A stretch of DNA of 64,000 nucleotides from Azolla caroliniana. Its lineage: Eukaryota > Plantae > Polypodiophyta. The notes beneath the pieces were generated by a model. That model saw only the letters and a program-made list of their open reading frames with translations, was not told where the DNA came from and made no database searches. The DNA is taken from the NCBI GenBank assembly GCA_043228905.1, contig JBHGNT010000017.1, positions 6,014,001 to 6,078,000 of the forward strand. Reading direction: 5' to 3'. The first letter of the stretch is position 1. Each line of letters starts with the position of its first letter. Made by a program: the position numbers and the translations under genes. Shown here piece after piece: positions 50,680-64,000 of this stretch.

Positions 50680-53600
50680 TGAGGGTTAAACTGTAAGTGA
50701 TCACACCTATAGGGTGCACTTTGTTGGGAACAAGGCCGTCAATGCGGAAGTGCAAGCAACATTCGTGATGAAGAACCTGTGTATGCATGACCAAGATAAA
50801 CACAGAGGGAGAGAGAGAGAGAGAGAGAGAGAGGCACAAAGGAAACGTTATATTCCAATAGCAACAATTACAAATTACAACCAACCTTCACTAAAGGTTA
50901 CAAAGTCACTTTATATAGTGACTATCCTAGGGCAACTGCCCTTTATGCTATTTATAGAAATAGCCCGAACTTGGGCTGTCCAAAGGGACAGTGTGAATAC
51001 GGCCATTATACACTCGTATTCGACACTCCCCCGTAATGGGCGTATACATGGGTTATCTTAAAGAATTACGGGTATATATACAAGGTTTATCGGACAGATC
51101 GGTTTTGTCAGAGTCGGCAAGATCTGAAGATAGAAGACCGAATCGGTTGGGTCGGAAGAGCTAAAGACGATCCTCAAAGAACCGATGTTGGTGGTTCGAA
51201 ACCATCATGTGCTGTGTGTCCGACTTTAACCGGACTGATTCTTCGTTACACCCATTTGGTGCTGAAGGGACCAGAAACAATCCGCCGAAAGACACTTGGT
51301 CATTCCATTTGCGACATTATCGGTTGTGGATATCTTCTCGAGACTGATTTTCCCTGAAATGACGCAGTCCCGAACGAAGTGATATCGAACGTCAATATGC
51401 TTAGAGGCGTTGTGGTGAATCGGATTTTTTGACAAAGCAACAACACCCTAATTGTCGCTGTAGAAAACTGGAGCCGAGTCGGAGTCGACCTGTCGAAACG
51501 TGTGCGCCAGCCGATCGAGCCATAAAGCTTCTTTTGCCGCATCGGACGTAGCTACATATTCCGTTTCGGTCGTTGAGGTGGCTGTGCACTCCTAAAGTTT
51601 TGACTTCCACGAGATTGCTCCATTGCCGAATTTGAAACAGTATCCGGTTGTTGATTTCCGACTGTCCACACAACCGGCGAAGTCCGAGTTGGTGTAACCG
51701 ACTACGCCTGGGGTTGAGTTCGGGCTGAAAAGAATGTCGTGGTCTTTTGTGCCAGCTAGATATCTGAACACATGCTTGACTGCATTCCAGTGCGATCGGT
51801 CGGGGTTGTGCATGAACCTGCTGACGACTCCTACGGCGTGAGAGATATCAGGCCGTGTCGCGACCATTGCGTACATGAGGGAGCCGACTGCCGGTGCATA
51901 CGGTACCAACTTCATATCTTCCCCCTCCGGACCGGATGTCGGACAGTCTTGCTGAGACAGCCGAAGGTTAATGGGGAGCAGGGTCGAAGCAGACTTGGCC
52001 GATTGCATGTTGAAGCGTTCTAAGACATGTCTGATGTAGTCGGTTTGAGACAAGAAAAGTTGTCATGTATCGCGATACCAACTAATCTTCATACCAAGTA
52101 TGTGGCTTGCCGGACTGAGATCCTTCATGGCAAACTTCAACCGCAGTTGCCGAACGAGTTCGGTGAGCTCTCCGGCATGCCGACCAGAGAGTAGCATGTC
52201 GTCCACGTAGATGATGAGGAAGACGGGAGACCCGTGTTGAGCTATTTTGGCGAAGAGATAGTGGTCCTCATCGCTCTTTGAGAAGCCGACTGATTGGATA
52301 AAGTCGTCGAACTTCTTGTACCACTGTTGGGGTGCCTGTTTCAGGCTGTAGAGACTCTTCTTGAGTCGGCAGAATAGATGTTCCTGGCCGGACGCCACAA
52401 ATCCTTTCGGCTGCTCCATATAGATTTCCTCCTGTAGGTCACCGTGGAGGAATGCCGTTTTTACATCTAGCTGAATCAGCTCCAAGTTGTCGGGGGCCAC
52501 GACGCCGAGCATGAAACGAAGGGTTGTCATTTTCACCACTAGTGAAAAGATTTCGTCGAAGTCGACGCCATATTCTTGTCAAAATCCCTTCGCAACTAAT
52601 CTGGCCTTGTACTTTGGGGTGGTCAAGTCAGACGTCTCTTTTAGTCGATAGACCCACTTACACGGAAGAGCACGTCAATTCTTCGGCAATTCGACCAAGT
52701 CCCAAGTCTTGTTTGCTCGAATGGAGTGCATTTCTGACTCCATCGCCAAATGGAATGTGGCTGAATCGGCAAATGCCAATGCTTCTTCGTAAGACGTCGG
52801 TTCGCCGACGTCGGTAAAGAAAATTCCGGGAGAGTACCTCTCCGGAGGTTGCGACAGTCTCTCGGATCTGCGAGGTATGACTGAACTAGTCGCACTGGGT
52901 GTCAATGTCGGATCGTCGGGAGCTGAGCCATTCGGCTGTGCCGAATCGGTGGATTCGGTGCGAGAGTTGTCGGTTACCCGTGAAATTGAACTCGTGTTGT
53001 GGGCTGGGCCGTCATGAAGGGTTAGGCACTTCGGAAAATATTAACCTTCGGACTTCAATAGGCCTTTTGGTTGTTTTATGCATAGCCGACTCGTTGAACA
53101 CAACATCCAGACGATTTGTCTATGCTCGGGGTCCCAGAGTCGGTATCCGATCTCGCCGTCGGGTCCATATCCAAGAAAAACACATTTCCTTGACCTTGGT
53201 TCAAGTTTCTGGCGGTCTTCTTTTGGTATTAGAGCATACGCCTTGCAACCGAAGATCCTTAGTTTGTCATAATTCGGCTTACTGCCGGTCCATATTTCCT
53301 GAGGTATTTGAAGTCCTAGAGGTCTACTTGGCGACATATTTATTATGTGTACTGCCGTAAGTAGAGCCTCCACCCAAAAGCCATCCGACAGTCCGGAGTG
53401 TTGGAGCATGGATACTACGCGTTCTTGAATCGTCCGATTCATGCGTTCAACAATTCCGTTCTGCTCAGGACTATAGGGTGCCGTATATTCACGTCGAATG
53501 TCGCGTTCCCGGCAGAATTTGACAAATTCTTCAGACTTGAATTCTCCTCCATTATCGGTTCGGAGACATTTCAGTTTCCGACCGATCTGATTTTCGACCA

Positions 53601-56013
53601 TTGCAAGCCATTCGGAGAAGATCGAGAACACTCGATCTTTGGTTCTAATGGGGTAAGCCCACACCTTCCGAGTCGAGTCGTCAATAAAACTAACAAAGTA
53701 CGAAGCACCGCCGAGAGACTGATGTGGCATCGGGCCACAGACGTCCGAGTTGAGCAAATCGAGGGGACTCGATTCTCTTGGTGCTGATGTCGGGTGTGAT
53801 GTGGCTACCTGTTTGCCGTACTGGCAATGCTCGGAGAATTGGTGATCCGAGAAGGAGATTTTGGGTATGTAACCGGCTCTAGATAGGTGCGTTATGCCGG
53901 CCTTGCTGAGGTGTCCAAGTCGTTTGTGCCATAACGATGACACGGGGATATCAACCAAAAATAAGTCACCCTCTTTGAGTGTGACATATAAAGGATACAA
54001 GGAATGTACCTTTGGTCCTCGAGCAAGCAGGAGGTTACCTTTGTGGAGTGTCCACCCTCTTGATGAGAATCCGGCACGGATGCCGGGTTCGTCAAGTTGT
54101 CCAACTGAGATCAAGGGTCTTGAAAGCTCAGGAACGTGTCAGACGTTGTGTAGTACGAGTGTAGAGCCTCTCGGAAGATTGAGCTCTATGGTGCCGATTC
54201 TAATTATAACATAGTGCTGCGAGTTTCCAACTCGAACTGAGTCGGAGTGCCGGTCCGAGTATTGCCGAAACTGAGATCGGTGAGGTGGCACATGATACAA
54301 TGTGCCCGAGTCCAGGAGCCATGTGCTCGATTCCTCAGTCATAAGCAAAACTTCTGATTCAACGGGGTTCTCTATGGACAGTATGTTCGGGTCGGTCATC
54401 AAAATTTTGGCTGAAGAGCCGACGTAGTTGACCTCCTCATGCCAACTACTCTTCTGATCCACTCTCTGAGCTTTGTCGGTTTTTGCTTTGAGTGCTCGAC
54501 AGTCGTCTTTGATGTGTCCCGGTTTCTTGCAGTAGTTGCAGATTCGGTTGTCCCGGGACTTGCTCCGGCTTCGCTGATTGGTCGGCGGTCGGGAAGAACT
54601 TCTTCCCCGGTTGTTCGATCGGTCGGTCGAACCTTGTACTACGTAAGCTTCATCTGCTGAGTCTTTGGTGAAAGACTTTCTCCGAGCTGCTTCAGTCAGG
54701 ATTGCGCTCGTGACTTCGGAGTACTTAACTGCAGCTGTTGAAGCATTGCACACGGTTGTAATGAAAGTTTCCCATGAAGAGGGGAGACTACTCATGAGTA
54801 TCATTGCTCTGAGTTCATCCTCTATTGCCGTCCCCTGAGATGAGATTTGGGAGCTTATGCTTTCATACTCGTTGAGGTGTGCCTAAACCGAATCGGATTC
54901 TTTCATCCGCAAGTTTTAGAGGCGCCATATTAGATACATCTTCGTTGCGGCAACCTTTTTTTCATAAGTTTCCAACAGTGTTTTCCAAAGTTCAAACGCT
55001 GTCGTGCATGATTGCACTATGAAGTACACTGACTCCGACAAGTGCATCTAAATCTTGGCGAGGACGATTCTGTCCAGCTTTAGCCACTTGTTTGCCTTGT
55101 ATGCTTATGGAGGATTTTCATTCTCAATGAGGTCTATCTGACCCTTGACTATGAGATAGTCCTGCATTTGTTCCTTTCCAGAAGTTGAAGTTCGAACCGT
55201 CAAACCTCCTTAGACTCATCTCCAATGAGCCGGATGTTGATGCCATTTGCTTCTGTTTCGGTTGGTAAGACTCGGTTTGGAGTTGACTACGAACCTTAGT
55301 GGGGTGCAGCCGGTCGGCTCACCCGATATCGTTCTAGTCGGTTTTGAACCTGAGTCAGTTTGGTTTCGGATACTTGTTGCTGAACTTGCTCGGAGTGACT
55401 CCGGTAACTTGAGGGACAGAACCGGTTGGTCTTCCCGAATGTTGCCGAGTCGGAGTGAGCCCGGTTAGCTTCCGATTGTACGCCAAATACCGATTACACA
55501 AAACCGATTTTTTGGGCCGATTCTGCTTCGGATGATTGCAGCGATGAGAGGGACCGATCCAACTGATCCTCCCGAATGTTGATAAGCCGAGTGAAGCACG
55601 AAGTGGTTGTTTCCAGGAGACCAATCTGCAGCGGGTGGTTACAACAAGCGGGTGAATAGCGTCCGGTGACCTATTCGTATGTTGTTTAGCCGAATGAAGC
55701 ACGATTGGGTCGGTTGTTGCTCAGGGAGCTCCCCTCAAGCGGTTACAATCATAGGAACAGAGTACAATAGACTGACTTACTCCAATTTGTGATTTAACAC
55801 AGTGAGATGCGAGCTTTTTGTTTTTCTTGTCCCTTCTTTGTTCTTCAAAGAAAATGAAAACAGAATGTTGTGTTGTGCGATGACGGCCGGCAGCGGGTTG
55901 AAGAACCTCCAATGCTCTGATACCAAATGTTGGGGACAAGGCCGTCAATGCGGAAGTGCAAGCAACATTCGTGATGAAGAAGAAACTGTGTATGCATGAG
56001 CAAGATAGACATA

Positions 56014-56049
<36 letters not shown>

Positions 56050-57935
56050 CACAAAGGGAACGTTATATTCCAATAGCAATAGTTACAAATTACAACCAAC
56101 CTGCACTAAAGGTTACAAAGTCACTTTATATAGTGACTATCCTAGGGCAACTGCCCTTTATGCTATTTACAGAAATAGCCCAAACTTGGGCTATCCAAAG
56201 GGACAGTGTGAATACGGCCATTATACACTCGTATTCGACACACTTGGCTTATGGAAGAGTACAATACATCAACGAGGCGATTCATTCATTAGGAATTTCT
56301 ATTTATACTTATATAGAGGAAGTAGACTTCCATGTAATGAATCTTTGTACCACTAATGTAATACTAGGTTATCCTTGGTTTTTTAATAAAAATTCTTCTT
56401 TATCTATTGATTGGGTTCATCATTCAATTACTTTTTTACTAAATGATTGTACTCATTTTATTCAATGTGTTAAAAAACAATCTCTTTCGATTGTTTCCTC
56501 GCCATCAATATTTGAGTTGTCTTGTTCTACTTTATTTTATTGTGTACTTGATCTGGACATTCACGTTTACAATATTGATAATGTCTTGGGTCAATTATCA
56601 TATTTTGAACAACAACAACTCGATGAAATCTTAAATGATTTTCGTGATGTTTTTCCGAGTGAACTACCACATGGGTTACCTCCTAAATGTAATATAGACC
56701 ATCCTATAGATATTGTACCTGGTATTGCACCAATAAGTATACCTCCTTATCGCTTAAGTCAATCCGAAGAGGATGAGTTATCTAAGCAACTCAAGGACTA
56801 TTTACGAATGGGTTATATACGTTATAGTAAATCTCCATGGGGTGCACCTGTTCTCTTGGTAAAAAAGAAAGAGGGCACATGGCGTATGTGTATTAATTAC
56901 TGATGCCTGAATAAAGTGACGATAAAAAATTCATATCCATTGCCCTGAGCTGACGATCTAATTGACCGTCTCCAGGGAGCTCGGTATTTTACGAAACTTG
57001 ATCTTTGTACGGGCTACCATCAAATTCGTATAAGTGAGGACGATGTTCCTAAAACGACATTTTGTACGCACTATGTCCATTATGAGTTTTTGGTTATGCC
57101 TTTTGGTTTGACCAATGGTCCGACCACATTTCAACAAGAAAGGAATGACATTTTCTGAGAACAACTTGGAAAATTTGTCGTTATTTTTTTGGATGATATT
57201 TTAGTTTATAGTCATACATTAGAAGAACATGCTAAACATGTCCGCTTTTGTTTTACAAACATTGCACGACAAGCAATTGTACTCGAAGATCTCAAAATGC
57301 GAGTTCTTCAAGAAATCAATTACTTATCTTGGACATATCATAACCGAACGAGGAGTTGAAATTGATCCTTCTCGCATCGACAAAGTCAAACTTTGGCCCA
57401 CTCTTCGGAATATTCGAGAAGGTCGACCATTCCTTGGTTTTGTCGGGTTTTTGTGAAAATCCCTTCGTAATTACTCCCAATTGACGACGTTGTTTACTGA
57501 TCTTCTATAAGGTCAAACACGTAAGTCTACAAAACCTATTGTGTGGAAGGCTACACTAGAGCTCGCCTTTAAGGAACTCAAGGACCTGGTGTGCAAGGCT
57601 CCTTTGCTTCTTTTACCTGATCCTTCAAAACCTTTTGAAGTTGAAACCGATGCAAGCGATTATGCTATAGGTGTTGTCTTATATCAAGATGGTAAACCAA
57701 TAGCATTCGAGAGTAAGAAACTTGATTCTGTTCAATGTCGGTATACGGTTCAAGAAAAGGAATTATTTGCAGTTATATATGTGCTCAAAACATGGCGCCA
57801 TTATCTTTATTGAAATCGTTTTGTGGTAACTATAGACCACGAGTCCTTGAAATATTTTTGTGACCAACAAGACCTGAAAGGTCATAAGGCACGATGGGCT
57901 GATCTCATCCAGGACTTTGATTTTTCCATACGATA
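50680..57935 (+). pseudogene. Chromovirus-type Gypsy pol relic (PR C-terminus, RT, RNase H), interrupted by Copia 50722-56240
   Basis: VILGYPW, DVFPSELPHGLPP, SPWGAPVLLVKKK, FLDDILVYS, ETDASDYAIG, RWADLIQDFDF; stops and frameshifts. Confidence 0.88.
50722..56240 (-). mobile_element. Full-length but decayed Copia element, same family as 1826-7282
   Basis: TSD CACTT (50717-50721 / 56241-56245); LTRs 50722-51025 and 55928-56240 with about a dozen substitutions; PBS 55914-55925; PPT 51026-51032; polyprotein 51226-55246 with many stops and frameshifts. Confidence 0.95.
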
Positions 57936-58997
57936 GGGGTCGAAGCACGCTACGATGTACCAAAAAAGTACTGTTTTTGGCAAAAAAAAACACGAGTACT
58001 ATTAGTAGTAAGTGATTAAAATAATAATAATAATAATAATAAATAATTAAAATCTTTTTAGGGAGTGGTGTATGTTGCATTAAAGTCAGGGAATGGGTGG
58101 GGGGACAGTTGCTGCGTATTCAAGATTGTTTTGGGGGATATTTCCCCCTCATGTTTAATTTAGGACGCCACATTAAATCCTTTTGGCGCTTCTCCTAGGT
58201 GTCTCCTCTTCCGCCTTCCAATTAAGACAACGCAGGTCTTCACAATGCACTCAGGTCTTCTGCATTCCAACTCAGGTCTTCACAGTGCACTCGAAATATT
58301 GTTTTGCTGTTCTCTGCATCACTCGTCTTCCCCATCTTCTCCTTCCATCGGTATGTCTTCTCCATCTTCTCTTTCACTCGGTATGTCTACGCCTATTTCT
58401 ATAAAATGGATATTTCTATACAGTACTGTTATTTGTATATGTGTGTATTCTCACTTCCCTCATACTGTTATTATTTAGTAAGTTGTGGTCTACAATCTCT
58501 TTAATCTAAAATTTAGGATTGGTTTATGTTGAACAAATTAGTGTGTCGTCATGATTATGATTGTCATTGTCATCTCCATCATACTTTGATCATTACTCAT
58601 TATTATTTGTATTATTACTTTGATAATTTTGTTATTATTTAGTAAGTCGTGGCAACTTACTAAAAAGACTTTTGAATAGCTCTCATTCTCTTGTTCATTG
58701 TTCCTAGCTACAACACCTACAACCTAAGTTTTATATTAGCCTAATTTTATGGTCAAACAAGTAATTTAAAGGGGTCAAACAACAACTTAATTGATGCAAT
58801 TATTTCTTAAAAGAATTGTTTTGGAAAAGGAATATATGACGGTGGCAAACTCTCAAATGTTTATCCGATTTCCAGTTGATGTTTATGCTATTAACTATGT
58901 TTATTTTACGATGTATTAAGCACTTATTCTGATTAATTAGGTGTTGAAATAACAAGAAATTAGGTGCTGGAATATATGAGAGTGACAATGGTCGTCG

Positions 58998-61900
58998 ATG
59001 AGGAGAGTGAGGTGTCCCTTAGCAAATTCTATGTTTGAGAGGAGCAAGAGACAGGTGGTTCTTCACATAGTCCGTTATTTACTACAAGTAATTGAGAGAT
59101 TTAGCTTGGAGGATCGTAGGGATATTATCTCTAGAGTGTTGCACCATCAACTTTTAAATGAAGACATGGAGAATATTAAGTTTAGGAACCAATGTGTTTC
59201 AGAGGAAATTGTAGAGTGTATGAAGTCATCCCTACACTTAGTGAAAGGGGTAGAGAGCATAGATAAGCTTGGTGCAAAGAGAGCAGCCCTTCACATGGTT
59301 GTAAATGGTACACCGAAAAAAAAATTTAATGATACTAAAGTTGCCTTAGCACTTGGTATCCAAAGAAGGAACTTGAGGAAGCATCGGACAAATATACAAT
59401 CAAATCAATTTAAGTGGTTGGGGTTAGGCCGTAGACGACGATGTGATGCATTGTCCCATGAGATTATTGAGGAAGAGGGTTCCTTTTGGGCAAAAAATAC
59501 ACGTGTCTCACCAAATAAAAAAGATGTATGTAGACAACATATAAGTCGGGGTAGGTACCAGATTCACCCAAGACACTTCTTGGAGATGACTGAGGTAATT
59601 CAATTTTTTATCTATTTGGTTTTAAATATTTTGTTGTTTACTAAATGCTTCTATTAATGCTACCTATTTATTGAGTGATGTAGGCTGAATTGTTCATGAA
59701 CTTCAAAGACCAACATCCTAGCATCAATCTTGGATTTCGCAAGTTCCAAGGTTTGAAAGCATTTTTTGTTAGAAAGTTAAAGGAGAGGAACACATGTTGT
59801 TGTGTGTACCACATTAAAATGGACATGTTAAGGCTTGGCGTGAATAGTATGCGTACTGATTCTAAGGGTATACACGGGGATGGGTGTGTTTGCACTTGTG
59901 AGGTATGTAGACCAAATGGGAGTGGTAATAGATGTAATGCACGAAACATGACTTATGCAACAGTTTCTGAGTTATGGAGGTCTTTTGTTTGTGAAAAACA
60001 ACCATCATTTGAGTGGCATAATCGTACATGTCTTGTTAGAACATGTAAGGTTTGCCCACAACCGTTATTTTGTAGACAGGAGGTTGACGTGGATAACTAT
60101 CATATTGTGAAATGGAAATATTTAGAGTATGTGACAGAAAATATAGGTAACAGTCTCGTTAGTAAGCATATCAAGGAAGTATATAAGGAGACATGTGTTG
60201 CTACCCTTGTCTCAGAGTTTAAGAAGCAACTCGGGGAGTTCATTCCACATAACTTTAGGAGTTATTGGCAAAATTCACAGTTCAAGGAATGTATAAATAA
60301 CTTACCATCGGATGTTATGGTATCTGTTATTGACTTTGCAGAGAACTATACCTTTAAAGTTCAAAATGAGGTTCAGTCAATGCATTGGTACAATGACCAA
60401 TGTACATTACTTGTACATATTTGCTACTGGAGAAAAGACAGTGAGTTACATAAGAAATCAATATTCTATATTTCAGATGATAAAAAGCATGATACACTAT
60501 TTGTTCAACATTGTTTTAAGCTTCACCACACAGATTTATTGTCCTTGGGTGTTAACTTTTATCGCCATTGGGTCTGGTCTGATGGTGCTGCCTCGCAATT
60601 TAAGGCGGCTCGGTCCTTCTACTTCATTGCAAGGCAAGGAAATAATCCATATGTTTGGTACTTATAACTGGAAGTCTATTTTGATAATACTTCATAATAC
60701 TTCATCTATTGCTTGAGTTTCCTACCAATACAAATATTATATGAATAGACATAAAAAATGTTTGTATAAAATACAATTAGTAATTCTCCTACTACATGCA
60801 CCAGTACTGTCTTGAAATGTTTGTATTAATTATGGTGTAAGTCTTGTATGTATGGTTCAAAGCCTTGAAAAGTATCCTTATTTTACAACTTAGTAGTATC
60901 ATCCCACATGCACAAGTATTGACTACGGTTCAACGCCTTGTAAAGTACCCTTATTTTACAACTTAGTACTATCATCCCACATGCACAAGTATTGACTATG
61001 TTTTACAATTTAGTACTCAGATCTCGCATGCACAAGTACTAATTGATAACTTTGTCGTGTCATCCCGCAAGCAGGAGTACTAATTTGTAACTTAGCACTG
61101 TCCTCTATCGTGCATTAGTACTAATGAATAACTTAGTACTATCTTCTTTCGGTCATTACTACTAATTTATAATTTTGTTCATTAGTACTAATTAGGATGG
61201 GTCTCTCTAGTGCATTAGTACTAAATAATAACTTAGTACTGTCCAACTTTGTTCATTAACACAAGTTTATAACTTATGATTGTCATGGCCCATTAGTACA
61301 AACATTAGTATACTAATTATTAGCATGAGAACTATCCAACTATGTCCATTACTACTAATTATTAACTTAGTATTGTCCAACTTTGTTCATTGAGACCAAG
61401 TTATAACTTAGGACTGTCCTCTCTCATGCATTAGTACTAACCAATAGCTTAGTACTATCCTCTATTGTTCATTTCTTTTAATTTATAACTTAATACTCTC
61501 CTCTCTCGTTCATTTCTTTTAATTTATAACTTAGTACTGGCCTCTCTTGTGCATTAGTGGAAATTTTGGTTTAAGTCATGTTAAGAGATGTAAGCTCCAA
61601 TAATGCACTAACTTTGTTTGTTGGCTAACTATCATGCATAACACCCAGATACTTCTCATTAACAAACATTAGGATGCAATGGAACTACTTTGGGTCTGGA
61701 CATGGAAAGGGAGAGCATGGTGGTGCGGGGGTTGTGATCAAGCGTGTTCTTACAAGTGAATAGTTGGATAATAAAGGTGCGAAGTTACAAAATGCACATG
61801 ATGTTGTGGAGTGGCTGACATGGAAGATGTCAGATGATGGTAAGAATAGATTGTTTATTGAGGTTGGTGCTAATGAGTTGGATAGGAGTAAATCGTATGG

Positions 61901-62534
61901 TTGTAAAACCCTGAAAGGGACGCGCAAGACCCATTGTGTTTTAGGGTTTAGTCACAAGGACACAACACAATTGTTATTCCATAGTTTATCGTGCTTTTGT
62001 TCCATGTGTTTAGATGAAGCTTGGGATGAATGCACCAATCTATCAATTGTGGAGCCATGGAAGCTACAGAAGCTTGAGATTGAACAATGTGTGGATATCC
62101 AGGAAGACGAACATGCAGACAATATTGTATACTACAACCAATGTGAGGACTTGGCAGTATTATTGGAAGTTGGAGATCATTTTGAAGTGCTCAAATCTCC
62201 TCAAAATGAAGATTTTGAAGACTACTACATTGTGGTGTGCAAGCAAGGAAATACAATATTGGAAGAAGTCGTGAAGGACGGTTGGGGCAACATGTTCAAC
62301 GTTGGTGAGTGTATCGTGTATGGCAACTACTATGCAAAGTTACCACAATGCAAGAACACGTATACATTATTAAAAGATGCACCCATTGTAATAATCTATG
62401 TTGACGCTATTATCGCAATCAAGTTCACTATGAGTCAAGCAAAGCCCAAGGTTAAGGGATACAACACTGTCTACAAGGTCCCCAAAGAGGTTCACGAACA
62501 CATATTGGGGGAGGTCTCCCTCTTTAATGCTTAG
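58998..62534 (+). pseudogene. Spliced Sola2-like DDD transposase, probably inactive
   Basis: DFAENY..QNEVQSMHW, WSDGAASQFK and WNYFGSGHGKGEH(G)GAG motifs. Introns 59595-59683 (GT-AG) and 60634-61648 (GC-AG) restore the frame. In-frame TAG at 61761. The 5' end is uncertain. Confidence 0.75.
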
Positions 62535-63302
62535 AATGGTAAGCACTATTCATATGTAACATTCACATGTCTTGTAAACTCTGGCCTACAAATGAATGGA
62601 AATATATCATCTTTGGTTTTCTTATGAGTTTGCAATGACAAAGCTTTCAATCTCGGTGTTTTGTTTAGATATGTATGAATCTTTTACATAAAGTATATGG
62701 TGAAAAATATCTTTGGTTAGTACTAAAATTGTGTTAAGTGTTTCCTAACATAGAGATATCTAAGATAGGAGTGTTCATTCCACACATGTTTCTAGTGTGT
62801 GGTACACTCATGAGGGTGTGGTACACTAGATGAGGGAATAGATGGAACATGTTAATTGCTAGTACTAATACAATGGTTCGTTCAAGTATACATACCATGT
62901 TATGCCTATAACTCTTTTAGAGTTCATATGTATCAAAGTCAGTACAATGCATTAAAATATAGTACTAATACTGTGCTAAGTGTTTACTAACCTAGACATA
63001 TCCGAGATAGGAGTGTCATATGTGTCCATAACAAGCGTCAATGTGATATGTGTGCATAACAAGTGTCATTCTTACTAAGATGAGACCTCAAATAGTATCA
63101 AATTCACATTCTTAAATATATGTATCAAAGTTAGTACATTGCATATCAAGTTGGTACTAAATTAGTCACTAAGATGAGTACTCAAATAGTATCAACTTAG
63201 AATTCAGGATAAGTAAACCAAAATAGTGTCAAGAAGCAGTTAATCAAAAACTTGCTCATATGGTAATCAATTACAAACAATGATCTAAATACAGAAAACG
63301 TT

Positions 63303-64000
63303 TTAATTTTTTCTAGATCTTGTAATGCGCCTATTTTTTGTTACACTCTTCTCAGATTTCACACCCTTCTTCTTCTTCTTCATCTTAAAGCCACGAGGTA
63401 GTAGACTACTGAGTGGCAGTTCATCATCGGAGGGGAGGGCCAAGCTTGAGGGAACCTTGTGCTCTATTGCAACTACCTGAGACACACACACTTCCAGGAA
63501 GATCTTGTTGATAGTATTAGCATTAATCTGCTCTTCATGGGTAGAACTGGTGTTCTACAGTAACACAATATTCGTAGTACAAACATGTTCCTCTTCTTGG
63601 GTGGTTGCCATCTTCATTGCAAACTCCTCGTTGATGAAGCTAGACACTTGGTTCTTTGTACAGTCTTGTTCCAAGTGCAGGCTACTTGCGGTGTTTTGGT
63701 AAGACATGTGATTCGTAGTATCACCTTGTTCCTCTTCTTGGGTGGTAGCTACAATCTCCTTAATGATACAATCTTGCCCCATGTTTACGATATTGTTAGT
63801 GTTCTGGACACACACCTCATTCGTAGCACCACCTGGTTCCTCTTCTTGGATGGTAGCTACAATCTCCTTAATGATACAATCTTACCCCATGTTTACGGTA
63901 CTGTTAGTGTTCTGGACACACACCTTATTCGTAGCACCACCTTGTTCCTCTTCTTAGGTGGTAGCTACACTCTCTTTAATGTTATAGTCATGCTCCTCAT
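63303..64000 (-). pseudogene. Convergent ORF with 36-aa (108 bp) tandem repeats and a basic C-terminus
   Basis: Units at 63725, 63833, 63941 (QEEExGxxTN..VNMGQDCIIKEIVAT); two in-frame TAR stops; ends MKKKKKGVK...RRITRSRKN. Confidence 0.55.

Larger units (their letters stand above)
57936..64000 (+). mobile_element. Sola2-like DNA transposon (left end only in window)
   Basis: Abrupt start GGGGTCGAAG truncates the host pol at F-S-I-R; transposase motifs follow downstream. Confidence 0.7.

Noticed and set aside
55956-56903. 315-aa ORF fusing a Copia LTR to Gypsy PR/RT
   Set aside because: Chance read-through across the insertion junction; GTG start and microsatellite-encoded RE run.

Overview
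Eukaryotic, TE-dominated plant DNA; the TE families suggest a seed-free land plant, which is inference. A small island of two minus-strand host genes sits between two deeply nested transposon clusters. The genes are SMAP1/CSN9-like (28406-28714) and an ALIS/CDC50 gene with 8 coding exons (32004-35113). Left cluster (1-21774): an old Copia element carries an opposite-strand Copia in its 5' LTR, a solo LTR, and a tRNA-Trp-primed Gypsy. That Gypsy hosts a young intact Tork/TAR-like Copia (1826-7282) and a second Trp-primed Gypsy, which itself holds a solo LTR. Right cluster (36433-64000): one Gypsy LTR is split by three insertions (an RTE-X-like LINE, an Athila-like element and a 2-kb solo LTR). 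It is followed by a chromovirus pol relic interrupted by a decayed Copia and by an intron-containing Sola2-like DNA transposon. Most junctions are resolved by target-site duplications (TSDs). The most unusual signal is the Athila-like element at 40087-47790: it has inward-facing tRNA-Arg primer-binding sites at both ends and no polypurine tract. Other notable signals are a tRNA-Asp-like A/B-box module inside LTRs, CpG-centred 4-bp TSDs, a conserved -1 frameshift site after the protease, and a ~105-bp array shared by two different LTR families. Family assignments come from motif recognition by eye; no searches were run.
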